From assembly GCF_044647545.1 (NCBI RefSeq), contig NZ_CP172818.1: a DNA stretch of 64,000 nt, one strand, 5' to 3'. Numbering within the stretch: the first letter of the stretch is position 1; each line of letters begins with the position of its first letter. The stretch comes from Escherichia coli. Lineage in GTDB: Bacteria > Pseudomonadota > Gammaproteobacteria > Enterobacterales > Enterobacteriaceae. A model generated the notes under the pieces. The model did no database searches and was not told the origin of the DNA. It saw only the letters and a program-made list of their open reading frames with translations. Positions 55,816 to 64,000 of this stretch are shown here, one piece after another. A program made the translations under genes and the position numbers.

Positions 55816-56733
55816 TTACTTCGTCCACCCTTTTTGTTTCAGGTAGTCGGCAGCCACTTTTTTGGCATCCAGTCCTTCAACTGCAATGCTGGCATTCAGT
55901 TGCTGCAATGTTTTTTCATCGAGGCTGGCGAAGACTGGCTGTAGCCACTGTGCCATTTGCGGATACTCCTTCAACACCGATTCACGAACCACTGGTGCAG
56001 GCGCGTAGATAGGTTGCACGCCTTGCGGATCGCTTAAGGTTTGCAACCCCAGTGCCGCGACCGGACCGTCAGTGCCGTAAGCCATTGCGGCATTAACGCC
56101 AGAAGTTTGCTGGGCAGCGGCTTTAATCGTCACCGCCGTGTCGCCACCAGCCAGTGACAGTAACTGATCCTGATCGAGTTTAAAGTCGTAGGCTTTTTCA
56201 AACGCGGGTAACGCATCGGCGCGTTCGATAAACTCTGCCGAGGCTGCCAGTTTGAAGGTGCCGCCCTCTTTCAGATAACGACTCAGGTCAGCAAGCGAAG
56301 TGAGTTTGTTTTTCTCTACCACATCCTGACGCACGGCGATGGTCCAGGTGTTATTTGCAGGCGCGGGCGTCAGCCAGATTAACTTGTTTTGCTCTGCATC
56401 GAGTTTTTTGACTTTCTCATAGCCTTGCTGCGCGTTTTTCCATGCCGTATCGTTTTCATCTTTAAAGAAAAACGCGCCATTGCCAGTATATTCCGGATAG
56501 ATATCCAGCTCACCAGAAGTGATCGCCCCGCGCACTACGGGAGTCGTTCCCAATTGCACTTTATTTACCGTAGGAACGCCGTGACTTTCCAGCACCTGCA
56601 AAATGATATTGCCGAGCAGCGCGCCTTCGGTATCGATTTTTGAACCGACTTTAACGGGGGAAGCCGCCTGTAGCGGCAGGCTCACGGCTGCCAACAAAAC
56701 CAGTGAACCTGCCCAGACCTTTGAGAGTGGCAT
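55816..56733 (-). CDS. osmF: Periplasmic glycine betaine-binding protein OsmF (YehZ)
   Basis: 305 aa; signal peptide; OpuAC-like substrate-binding protein. Confidence 0.9.
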   Translation of the reverse strand: MPLSKVWAGSLVLLAAVSLPLQAASPVKVGSKIDTEGALLGNIILQVLESHGVPTVNKVQLGTTPVVRGAITSGELDIYPEYTGNGAFFFKDENDTAWKNAQQGYEKVKKLDAEQNKLIWLTPAPANNTWTIAVRQDVVEKNKLTSLADLSRYLKEGGTFKLAASAEFIERADALPAFEKAYDFKLDQDQLLSLAGGDTAVTIKAAAQQTSGVNAAMAYGTDGPVAALGLQTLSDPQGVQPIYAPAPVVRESVLKEYPQMAQWLQPVFASLDEKTLQQLNASIAVEGLDAKKVAADYLKQKGWTK

Positions 56734-56869
56734 GATGCTTTCCTCATTCTTTTACTGTTGTTTTCAGCGAATTAAGAGAAAAGCATAGTTGATAATGGCG
56801 GGGTTAGCCTGAGCGGAAGGATTCAGTTGCAGAATCAGATAAATACTTAAAGGGCATATTTTGCCCGGC

Positions 56870-56980
<111 letters not shown>

Positions 56981-57005
56981 CAAACATCGCGCCCTGACTA
57001 AAGTA

Positions 57006-59303
57006 TTACAGCAATTCAAACTCGCCTTTCTTAACGCGTGCGGAATCAGTGCCGATAAAGACATTGAACTTGCCAGGCTCGGCGTCATATTTCATCTGTT
57101 GATTCCAGAACTTCAGCGCCTCGATATCAATCGGGAAGCTGACGGTCTGGGTTTCGCCCGGTTTCAGGGTGATTTTCTCAAAGCCTTTCAGCTGTTTTAC
57201 CGGGCGACTCATGGAAGCCGTCACATCCTGCAGGTACATCTGAACTACCGTCGCCCCTTCGCGCTTACCGGTGTTCGTCACCTGCACGCTGGCGGTCACT
57301 TTGCCGTCACGCTTCATGGTCGGCGCAGAAAGTTTCACATCAGAGACGGTGAAAGTGGTATAGCTCAGACCATAGCCGAACGGATAAAGCGCCCCGTTAG
57401 CTTCATCAAAATAACGCGAAGTGTATTTGTTCGGCTTGTCGGCATTATACGGGCGACCGGTATTCAGATGACTGTAGTACACCGGGATCTGCCCGACAGA
57501 ACGCGGGAAGGACATCGGCAGCTTGCCGGACGGGTTGTAATCGCCAAACAATACATCGGCAATTGCATTACCGCCTTCAGTCCCCGCAAACCAGGTTTCC
57601 AGAATCGCATCCGCCTGCTGATCTTCTTTCACCAGCGCCAGCGGACGCCCGTTCATCAGCACCAGCACCAGCGGTTTACCGGTGGCTTTCAGCGCCGCAA
57701 TCAAGTCACGTTGGCTTTGCGGAATAGTGATATCGGTACGGCTGGAGGCCTCGTGCGCCATCCCCTGAGCTTCACCGACCACAGCCACCACCACATCAGA
57801 TTGCTTCGCGGTTTGCACCGCTTCATCAATCATCTCTTGCGGCGAGCGCGGGTCGACTTTGACCGCCTCTTCATACTGATTCAGGAAATCGATAATGCCT
57901 TTGTCACTGGTGACGTTCGCCCCTTTGGCGTACAACACTTTACCGTTTTCACCGACGGCATTTTTAATCCCGGTCAGTACGGTCACGGATTGATCGGCAA
58001 CACCGGCTGCGGACCAGCTGCCCATCACGTCACGTTTGCTGTCCGCCAATGGCCCAACCACCGCAATGGTGGCTGATTTTTTCAGCGGTAACGTTTCGAG
58101 ACGGTTTTTCAGCAACACCAGGCTTTCGCGTGCCACTTCACGCGCTTCTTTGCGGTGCAGGCGGCTTTCGGCATTGGTATCCACCGGGGCAGACTCTTTC
58201 GGACCGAGATGGCTGTACGGGTCGTTAAACAACCCCATATCATATTTAACGTTCAGTACATGACGGGCAGCGTCATCCAGCTCTTCCATCGTCACTTTGC
58301 CGGATTTGATCAACCCAGGCAGATACTTCGAGTAATACTCGTCGCTCATACTCATGTTGATGCCGGATTTCAGCGCCACGCGCACCGCATCTTCCGGGTC
58401 TGCCGCTGTGCCATGTTTAATCAGCTCTTTGATTGCGCCGTGATCGGAAACGGTGATGCCTTTAAAGCCCCACTGGTCGCGCAGGACATCTTTCAGCAGC
58501 CAGGAATCGGAGGTGGCTGGCGTGCCGTTCAGCGAGTTCAGCGCCACCATCACCGCGCCGCTGCCTGCGTCCAGCCCCGCTTTGTACGGCGGCATATAAT
58601 CATTAAACAGGCGCTGCGGACTCATATCGACGGTGTTGTACTCTTTACCGCCTTCTACCGCGCCGTAAGCGGCAAAGTGTTTGACGCTGGTCATCACCGA
58701 GTAGCGATCTGCCGGACTTTTACCCTGCATCGCTTGCACCATGGTTTTACCCATTATTGAGGTGAGATACGTATCTTCGCCAAAACCTTCGGAAGCACGT
58801 CCCCAGCGCGGATCGCGCGAGACATCGACCATCGGTGCCCAGGTCATATTCAGGCCATCATCTGCCGCTTCATAAGCAGAGACACGCCCGACTGTTTTCA
58901 CTGCATCGAGGTTAAAAGACGAGGCCAGACCGAGACTAATCGGGAACACCGTGCGCTGACCGTGCAGCACGTCGTAAGCAAAGAAAAGAGGAATTTTCAG
59001 GCGGCTTAATTCCATCACCTGATCCTGCATGGCGCGGATATCCTGACGGGTTACGGTGTTGAAAATCGCCCCAACCTGACCGTCTTTGATCATCTCGCGG
59101 ATCGCCTCTTTCGGGTTATCCGGGCCGACGCTGATTAAGCGCAGCTGACCAATTTTCTCATCAACTGTCATTTTCTTAAGCAGTTCGGTGACGAACGCAT
59201 CCCGCGCTTCGGGCGTTAATGGATGGTTGCCGAATAAATCATCCGCCAGTGCTGGCTGCAGGGCCAGACTCACCGCGATTCCTACTGAACATAGCCATTT
59301 CAT
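57006..59303 (-). CDS. bglX: Periplasmic beta-glucosidase BglX (GH3)
   Basis: 765 aa from MKWLCSVGIAVSLALQPALA (signal peptide); GH3 N- and C-terminal domains. Confidence 0.93.
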   Translation of the reverse strand: MKWLCSVGIAVSLALQPALADDLFGNHPLTPEARDAFVTELLKKMTVDEKIGQLRLISVGPDNPKEAIREMIKDGQVGAIFNTVTRQDIRAMQDQVMELSRLKIPLFFAYDVLHGQRTVFPISLGLASSFNLDAVKTVGRVSAYEAADDGLNMTWAPMVDVSRDPRWGRASEGFGEDTYLTSIMGKTMVQAMQGKSPADRYSVMTSVKHFAAYGAVEGGKEYNTVDMSPQRLFNDYMPPYKAGLDAGSGAVMVALNSLNGTPATSDSWLLKDVLRDQWGFKGITVSDHGAIKELIKHGTAADPEDAVRVALKSGINMSMSDEYYSKYLPGLIKSGKVTMEELDDAARHVLNVKYDMGLFNDPYSHLGPKESAPVDTNAESRLHRKEAREVARESLVLLKNRLETLPLKKSATIAVVGPLADSKRDVMGSWSAAGVADQSVTVLTGIKNAVGENGKVLYAKGANVTSDKGIIDFLNQYEEAVKVDPRSPQEMIDEAVQTAKQSDVVVAVVGEAQGMAHEASSRTDITIPQSQRDLIAALKATGKPLVLVLMNGRPLALVKEDQQADAILETWFAGTEGGNAIADVLFGDYNPSGKLPMSFPRSVGQIPVYYSHLNTGRPYNADKPNKYTSRYFDEANGALYPFGYGLSYTTFTVSDVKLSAPTMKRDGKVTASVQVTNTGKREGATVVQMYLQDVTASMSRPVKQLKGFEKITLKPGETQTVSFPIDIEALKFWNQQMKYDAEPGKFNVFIGTDSARVKKGEFELL

Positions 59304-59498
59304 ATGGATTTTTCTTCCTTTGTTGCCCGACGTGGCAGCGAAAATGGTGCAAAAACCGTAGTTTGCCATAAGCATGATGGAGAGAGAAAAAGAATGCTCA
59401 GTTTATTGTCTGAATTTTCAAAATATTCACTCGCTGAATTGTCATACAAGGCGCTATTCTAGTTTGTGATATTTTTTCGCCACCACAAGGAGTGGAAA

Positions 59499-61214
59499 AT
59501 GTCTTCCATGACAACAACTGATAATAAAGCCTTTTTGAATGAACTTGCCCGTCTGGTCGGTCATTCACACCTGCTCACCGATCCCGCAAAAACGGCCCGC
59601 TATCGCAAGGGCTTCCGTTCTGGTCAGGGCGACGCGCTGGCTGTCGTTTTCCCTGGCTCACTACTGGAATTGTGGCGGGTGCTGAAAGCCTGCGTCACCG
59701 CCGACAAAATTATTCTGATGCAGGCCGCCAATACAGGTCTGACCGAAGGCTCGACGCCAAACGGTAACGACTATGATCGCGATATCGTGATCATCAGCAC
59801 CCTGCGTCTCGATAAGTTGCACGTTCTCGGCAAGGGCGAACAAGTGCTGGCCTATCCGGGCACCACGCTTTATTCGCTGGAAAAAGCACTCAAACCGCTG
59901 GGACGCGAACCGCACTCGGTGATTGGATCATCGTGTATAGGCGCATCGGTCATCGGCGGTATTTGTAACAACTCCGGCGGCTCGCTGGTGCAGCGTGGCC
60001 CGGCGTATACCGAAATGTCGTTATTCGCGCGTATAAATGAAGACGGCAAACTGACGCTGGTGAACCATCTCGGGATTGATCTGGGCGAAACGCCGGAGCA
60101 GATCCTTAGCAAGCTGGATGACGATCGCATCAAAGATGACGATGTGCGTCACGATGGCCGTCACGCCCACGATTATGACTATGTCCACCGCGTTCGTGAT
60201 ATTGAAGCCGACACGCCCGCACGTTATAACGCCGATCCGGATCGGTTATTTGAATCTTCTGGTTGCGCCGGGAAGCTGGCCGTCTTTGCGGTACGTCTTG
60301 ATACCTTCGAAGCGGAAAAAAATCAGCAGGTGTTTTATATCGGCACCAACCAGCCGGAAGTACTGACCGAAATCCGCCGTCATATTCTGGCTAATTTCGA
60401 AAATCTGCCGGTTGCCGGGGAATATATGCACCGGGATATCTACGATATTGCGGAAAAATACGGCAAAGACACCTTCCTGATGATTGATAAGTTAGGCACC
60501 GACAAGATGCCATTCTTCTTTAATCTCAAGGGGCGCACCGATGCGATGCTGGAGAAAGTGAAATTCTTCCGTCCCCATTTTACCGACCGTGCGATGCAAA
60601 AATTCGGTCACCTGTTCCCCAGCCATTTACCGCCGCGCATGAAAAACTGGCGCGATAAATACGAACATCATCTGCTGTTAAAAATGGCGGGCGATGGCGT
60701 CGGTGAAGCCAAATCGTGGCTGGTGGATTATTTCAAACAGGCCGAAGGCGATTTCTTTGTCTGTACGCCGGAGGAAGGTAGCAAAGCGTTTTTACACCGT
60801 TTCGCCGCTGCGGGCGCAGCAATTCGTTATCAGGCGGTGCATTCCGATGAAGTCGAAGACATTCTGGCACTGGATATCGCTCTGCGGCGTAACGACACCG
60901 AGTGGTATGAGCATTTACCGCCGGAGATCGACAACCAACTGGTGCACAAGCTCTATTACGGCCATTTTATGTGCTATGTCTTCCATCAGGATTACATCGT
61001 TAAAAAAGGCGTGGATGTGCATGCGTTGAAAGAACAGATGCTGGAACTGCTGCAGCAGCGTGGCGCGCAATACCCTGCCGAGCATAACGTCGGTCATTTG
61101 TATAAAGCACCGGAGACGTTGCAGAAGTTCTATCGCGAGAACGATCCGACCAACAGTATGAATCCGGGGATCGGTAAAACCAGTAAGCGGAAAAACTGGC
61201 AGGAAGTGGAGTAA
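59499..61214 (+). CDS. dld: FAD-dependent D-lactate dehydrogenase Dld
   Basis: 571 aa from MSSMTTTDNKAFLNEL; RBS AAGGAG upstream. Confidence 0.93.
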   Translation: MSSMTTTDNKAFLNELARLVGHSHLLTDPAKTARYRKGFRSGQGDALAVVFPGSLLELWRVLKACVTADKIILMQAANTGLTEGSTPNGNDYDRDIVIISTLRLDKLHVLGKGEQVLAYPGTTLYSLEKALKPLGREPHSVIGSSCIGASVIGGICNNSGGSLVQRGPAYTEMSLFARINEDGKLTLVNHLGIDLGETPEQILSKLDDDRIKDDDVRHDGRHAHDYDYVHRVRDIEADTPARYNADPDRLFESSGCAGKLAVFAVRLDTFEAEKNQQVFYIGTNQPEVLTEIRRHILANFENLPVAGEYMHRDIYDIAEKYGKDTFLMIDKLGTDKMPFFFNLKGRTDAMLEKVKFFRPHFTDRAMQKFGHLFPSHLPPRMKNWRDKYEHHLLLKMAGDGVGEAKSWLVDYFKQAEGDFFVCTPEEGSKAFLHRFAAAGAAIRYQAVHSDEVEDILALDIALRRNDTEWYEHLPPEIDNQLVHKLYYGHFMCYVFHQDYIVKKGVDVHALKEQMLELLQQRGAQYPAEHNVGHLYKAPETLQKFYRENDPTNSMNPGIGKTSKRKNWQEVE

Positions 61215-61252
61215 AAATTACGGATGGCAGAGTATCGCCATCCGTACTTCAC

Positions 61253-62185
61253 TTAATCGTTCTGCGCCGTCTGCCCCGCCGCCGCCATCTGGGCGGCTTT
61301 TTGTTTTTTATAGCTCAACGCTGCTGCCGGAACAGGCATCACTTTACCGGTCTCAATCCAGGTACGCAGGCGGCTGGCATCGGCAAAATGGGTATATTTG
61401 CCAAACGCGTCCATTACTACCAGCGCCACCGGTTTATTATTGATAACCGTACGCATCACCAGACAATGGCCCGCCGCATTGGTAAAGCCGGTTTTGGTTA
61501 ACTGAATATTCCAGTTATCGCGATACACCAGATGGTTAGTATTGCGGAACGGCAGCGTATACGTCGGGTTAGAGAAGGTTGCCATATCTTCCCGGGTGGT
61601 ACTTAACTGCCCGATCAACGGATATTGTTTGCTGGCAATGAGCAGTTTGGTTAAGTCACGGGCAGTTGAAACGTTATGCACCGACAATCCGGTAGGTTCA
61701 ACAAAGCGCGTGTTGTTCATTCCGAGCGATTTCGCTTTCGCATTCATTGCCTTAATAAAGGCTTTGTAACCACCGGGATAATGGTGCGCAAGGCTTGCCG
61801 CCGCGCGGTTTTCTGAAGACATCAGCGCCAGCAACAGCATATCTTTACGGCTGATTTCGCTGTTCAGTCGTACGCGCGAATAGACCCCTTTCATCTCCGG
61901 CGTCTGGCTGATATCCACTTTTAGTTTTTCATCCAGCGGCAGTCGTGCATCCAGCACAACCATCGCGGTCATTAATTTGCTGATAGACGCAATCGGACGC
62001 ACCAGATCCGGGTGGTTCGAATAGATCACTTTGTTGGTATTCAGATCAACAATCATCGCGCTACCGGAGGCAATTTCCGGCTGTGAAGCGGTGGTAGCGG
62101 CTGCCGTTTTCGCAACGGCCTGCGGTGCCAAAGGCACAGCCAGCATCAGGGCCAGGCTAAATAAAGAAACTCGAAATTTCGGCAT
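61253..62185 (-). CDS. pbpG: D-alanyl-D-alanine endopeptidase PBP7 (PbpG)
   Basis: 310 aa; signal peptide; SxxK motif ([10 protein letters not shown]), SxN and KTG motifs. Confidence 0.92.
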   Translation of the reverse strand: MPKFRVSLFSLALMLAVPLAPQAVAKTAAATTASQPEIASGSAMIVDLNTNKVIYSNHPDLVRPIASISKLMTAMVVLDARLPLDEKLKVDISQTPEMKGVYSRVRLNSEISRKDMLLLALMSSENRAAASLAHHYPGGYKAFIKAMNAKAKSLGMNNTRFVEPTGLSVHNVSTARDLTKLLIASKQYPLIGQLSTTREDMATFSNPTYTLPFRNTNHLVYRDNWNIQLTKTGFTNAAGHCLVMRTVINNKPVALVVMDAFGKYTHFADASRLRTWIETGKVMPVPAAALSYKKQKAAQMAAAGQTAQND

Positions 62186-62358
62186 GATGAGCATTCAGAT
62201 AGTGGTTCACGCGCACGGGTTGCGCACCGCCGGAGTAAGGATTTACTGAGGCTAGCGACGCCATCATAACGAGCAAAAAGTGCGATCGTCAAAGGAGAAT
62301 CGTGAGGAAATGCTGCATTGCTGACATTTACGCCAGCAATGCAACTCAAAAGAACTTT

Positions 62359-62946
62359 CTAGAACAAACGATAACCGTAGCCCCATAGTATAACGGTAAG
62401 GGCGAGCAGCACTTCCAGCACCAGCACGCCTATCGCCAGCGTCGAACTGGAGAAGCTAAGTCCTTCCTCTTTGTTGATATTCAGGAAGCTCGGAATACCG
62501 AGATACAGCAGGTAGCCGGTGTAAAACAGCGCCACCGTGCCGACCAGCGCACACAACCAGACCAGCGGGTAAAGCGCCACCAGACCGCTTAAAAACAGCG
62601 GAGTTGCAACGTAGCCCGCGAAGACCATGCAGTGCGCAAGTGACGGACGCTGCGGGTAATTGCGCGCCATCCACCAGATGACCCGCCCCATCACCGCGAC
62701 CCCAGCCAGCATAACGCCATAAAACAAGACAGCCAGCGCCAGTCCGGTAAACCAGGATAACTTCAGGATAGTGCCATCGCCAAAATTCCAGCCAATCTGT
62801 GTAGTGCCAATGAAGGCGCAAATCACCGGAATCGCCGCCATCAGCAAAACGTGGTGGGTGTAGTGATGAGAAATCGTTTCGTTTTCGCGATTAATCACCT
62901 GCATTTCACGATCGGGATGGGAAAACAGTCCCCAGACATGGCTCAT
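62359..62946 (-). CDS. yohC: Inner-membrane protein YohC (Yip1 family)
   Basis: 195 aa from MSHVWGLFSHPD; five predicted TM helices. Confidence 0.85.
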   Translation of the reverse strand: MSHVWGLFSHPDREMQVINRENETISHHYTHHVLLMAAIPVICAFIGTTQIGWNFGDGTILKLSWFTGLALAVLFYGVMLAGVAVMGRVIWWMARNYPQRPSLAHCMVFAGYVATPLFLSGLVALYPLVWLCALVGTVALFYTGYLLYLGIPSFLNINKEEGLSFSSSTLAIGVLVLEVLLALTVILWGYGYRLF

Positions 62947-63115
62947 ACCGCCCCCTTGTTGTGAGTTCATGAACCTGACAGTTCAAGTATAAGTCAGCTT
63001 GTGATTATTTTTTGTTCGCTCATGTAATTTGCACCGTCTGATGTACGTCCTTTTTCAGCGTGAATGATTCACAGGGTGTATGCTTACAGGCAAGCAAAGG
63101 GAGACAGACTGTCCT

Positions 63116-63694
63116 ATGGATCTCAATACACTCATCTCACAATATGGTTATGCCGCGCTGGTTATCGGTAGCCTGGCGGAAGGTGAAACCGTGACTTTGC
63201 TGGGAGGCGTTGCGGCACATCAGGGGCTATTAAAGTTCCCGCTGGTGGTACTTTCTGTGGCGCTTGGCGGCATGATTGGCGACCAGGTGCTTTATCTGTG
63301 CGGGCGGCGGTTTGGCGGCAAGCTGTTACGCCGTTTCTCGAAACATCAGGATAAAATTGAGCGGGCGCAGAAACTTATCCAACGCCATCCGTATCTGTTT
63401 GTCATTGGTACGCGTTTTATGTATGGCTTTCGGGTCATTGGCCCGACGCTGATTGGTGCCAGCCAGCTGCCGCCGAAAATCTTTCTGCCGCTGAATATTC
63501 TCGGCGCATTTGCCTGGGCGCTGATTTTTACCACTATCGGTTACGCTGGTGGGCAGGTGATTGCGCCGTGGTTGCACAATCTCGACCAGCATTTGAAGCA
63601 CTGGGTCTGGTTGATTCTGGTCGTGGTTCTGGTGGTAGGCGTGCGCTGGTGGCTGAAACGGCGCGGGAAGAAAAAGCCGGATCATCAGGCGTAA
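63116..63694 (+). CDS. yohD: DedA-family inner-membrane protein YohD
   Basis: 192 aa from MDLNTLISQYGYAALVIGSLAEGE; DedA/SNARE-associated motif. Confidence 0.85.
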   Translation: MDLNTLISQYGYAALVIGSLAEGETVTLLGGVAAHQGLLKFPLVVLSVALGGMIGDQVLYLCGRRFGGKLLRRFSKHQDKIERAQKLIQRHPYLFVIGTRFMYGFRVIGPTLIGASQLPPKIFLPLNILGAFAWALIFTTIGYAGGQVIAPWLHNLDQHLKHWVWLILVVVLVVGVRWWLKRRGKKKPDHQA

Positions 63695-63745
63695 AGCAGT
63701 TGCCACAGATAAGCATTCACGCCACATCCGGCACCGGATGTTCCA

Positions 63746-63782
63746 TGCCTGATGCGACGCTGGCGTGTCTTATCTGGCCTAA
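63746..63782. repeat. REP element
   Basis: GCCTGATGCGACGCTGGCGTGTCTTATCTGGCCTAAC canonical REP palindrome. Confidence 0.7.
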
Positions 63783-63812
63783 CCCATTGAAATAACCACG
63801 CGCCTCACTGCG

Positions 63813-64000
63813 CTATTCTGGGTTGAACTGCGGATTCGCCAACATAAAGCCGCCATCCACTATCAACGACTGCCCGGTGGTGTAATTTGCGCCCTCCGAA
63901 CAAAGCCATACCACCAGGCTGGCAATCTCATGCGTTGTGCCAAAACGTCGCAAGGGAATCGAAGGCTCCGCGTCAGGCTTCACGTCGCCGCCATCCATGC
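63813..64000 (-). CDS. yohF: Short-chain dehydrogenase/reductase YohF, C-terminal end; rest lies beyond window
   Basis: C-terminal SDR sequence (...PLRRFGTTHEIASLVVWLCSEGANYTTGQSLIVDGGFMLANPQF); ORF open to window edge. Confidence 0.75.
   Translation of the reverse strand, partial: MDGGDVKPDAEPSIPLRRFGTTHEIASLVVWLCSEGANYTTGQSLIVDGGFMLANPQFNPE

Noticed and set aside
57099-58076. 325-aa antisense ORF opposite bglX, and similar long antisense ORFs opposite metG (31625..32356), btsS (51096..51575) and rcnA (23041..23442)
   Set aside because: All are embedded antisense to strongly recognised genes, lack RBS context and have Arg/His-rich low-complexity composition typical of GC-rich reverse-frame shadows.

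Overview
This window is a contiguous Escherichia coli chromosomal segment, gene-for-gene collinear with the K-12 mdtD-baeSR ... yohF region, but not K-12 itself. Gene identities come from my recognition of the translated ORFs, not from a database search. Order: mdtD (partial), baeS, baeR, yegP, yegQ/trhP, CyaR sRNA, yegR, yegS, gatR-gatDCBAZY, fbaB, yegTUV, yegW, yegX, thiMD with TPP riboswitch, rcnR/rcnA/rcnB, yehABCDE fimbrial operon, mrp, metG, molR-yehI-yehK-yehL-yehM-yehP-yehQ, yehR, yehS, btsSR, mlrA, yohO, osmF-yehYXW, bglX, dld, pbpG, yohC, yohD, yohF (partial). Differences from K-12 as I recall it: gatR is intact, molR is one intact 1262-aa ORF, and no P2-like remnant follows cyaR. 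The best candidate for an undescribed system is the seven-gene molR-yehQ block (33481-48351): two giant DUF4132 paralogs (one with a WGR domain), a MoxR-type AAA+ ATPase, a 759-aa unknown protein, a VWA/MIDAS protein and a double-SWIM zinc-finger protein, with yehLMPQ translationally coupled. Its function is unknown to me; a conflict/defence or nucleic-acid surveillance role is inference only. Two intergenic stretches (about 3856-4550 and 41470-41560) contain extreme homopolymer runs that are not E. coli-like and look like assembly or sequencing artefacts. The usher gene yehB carries a single-base frameshift in a homopolymer. No CRISPR array, IS element, tRNA or rRNA was seen.
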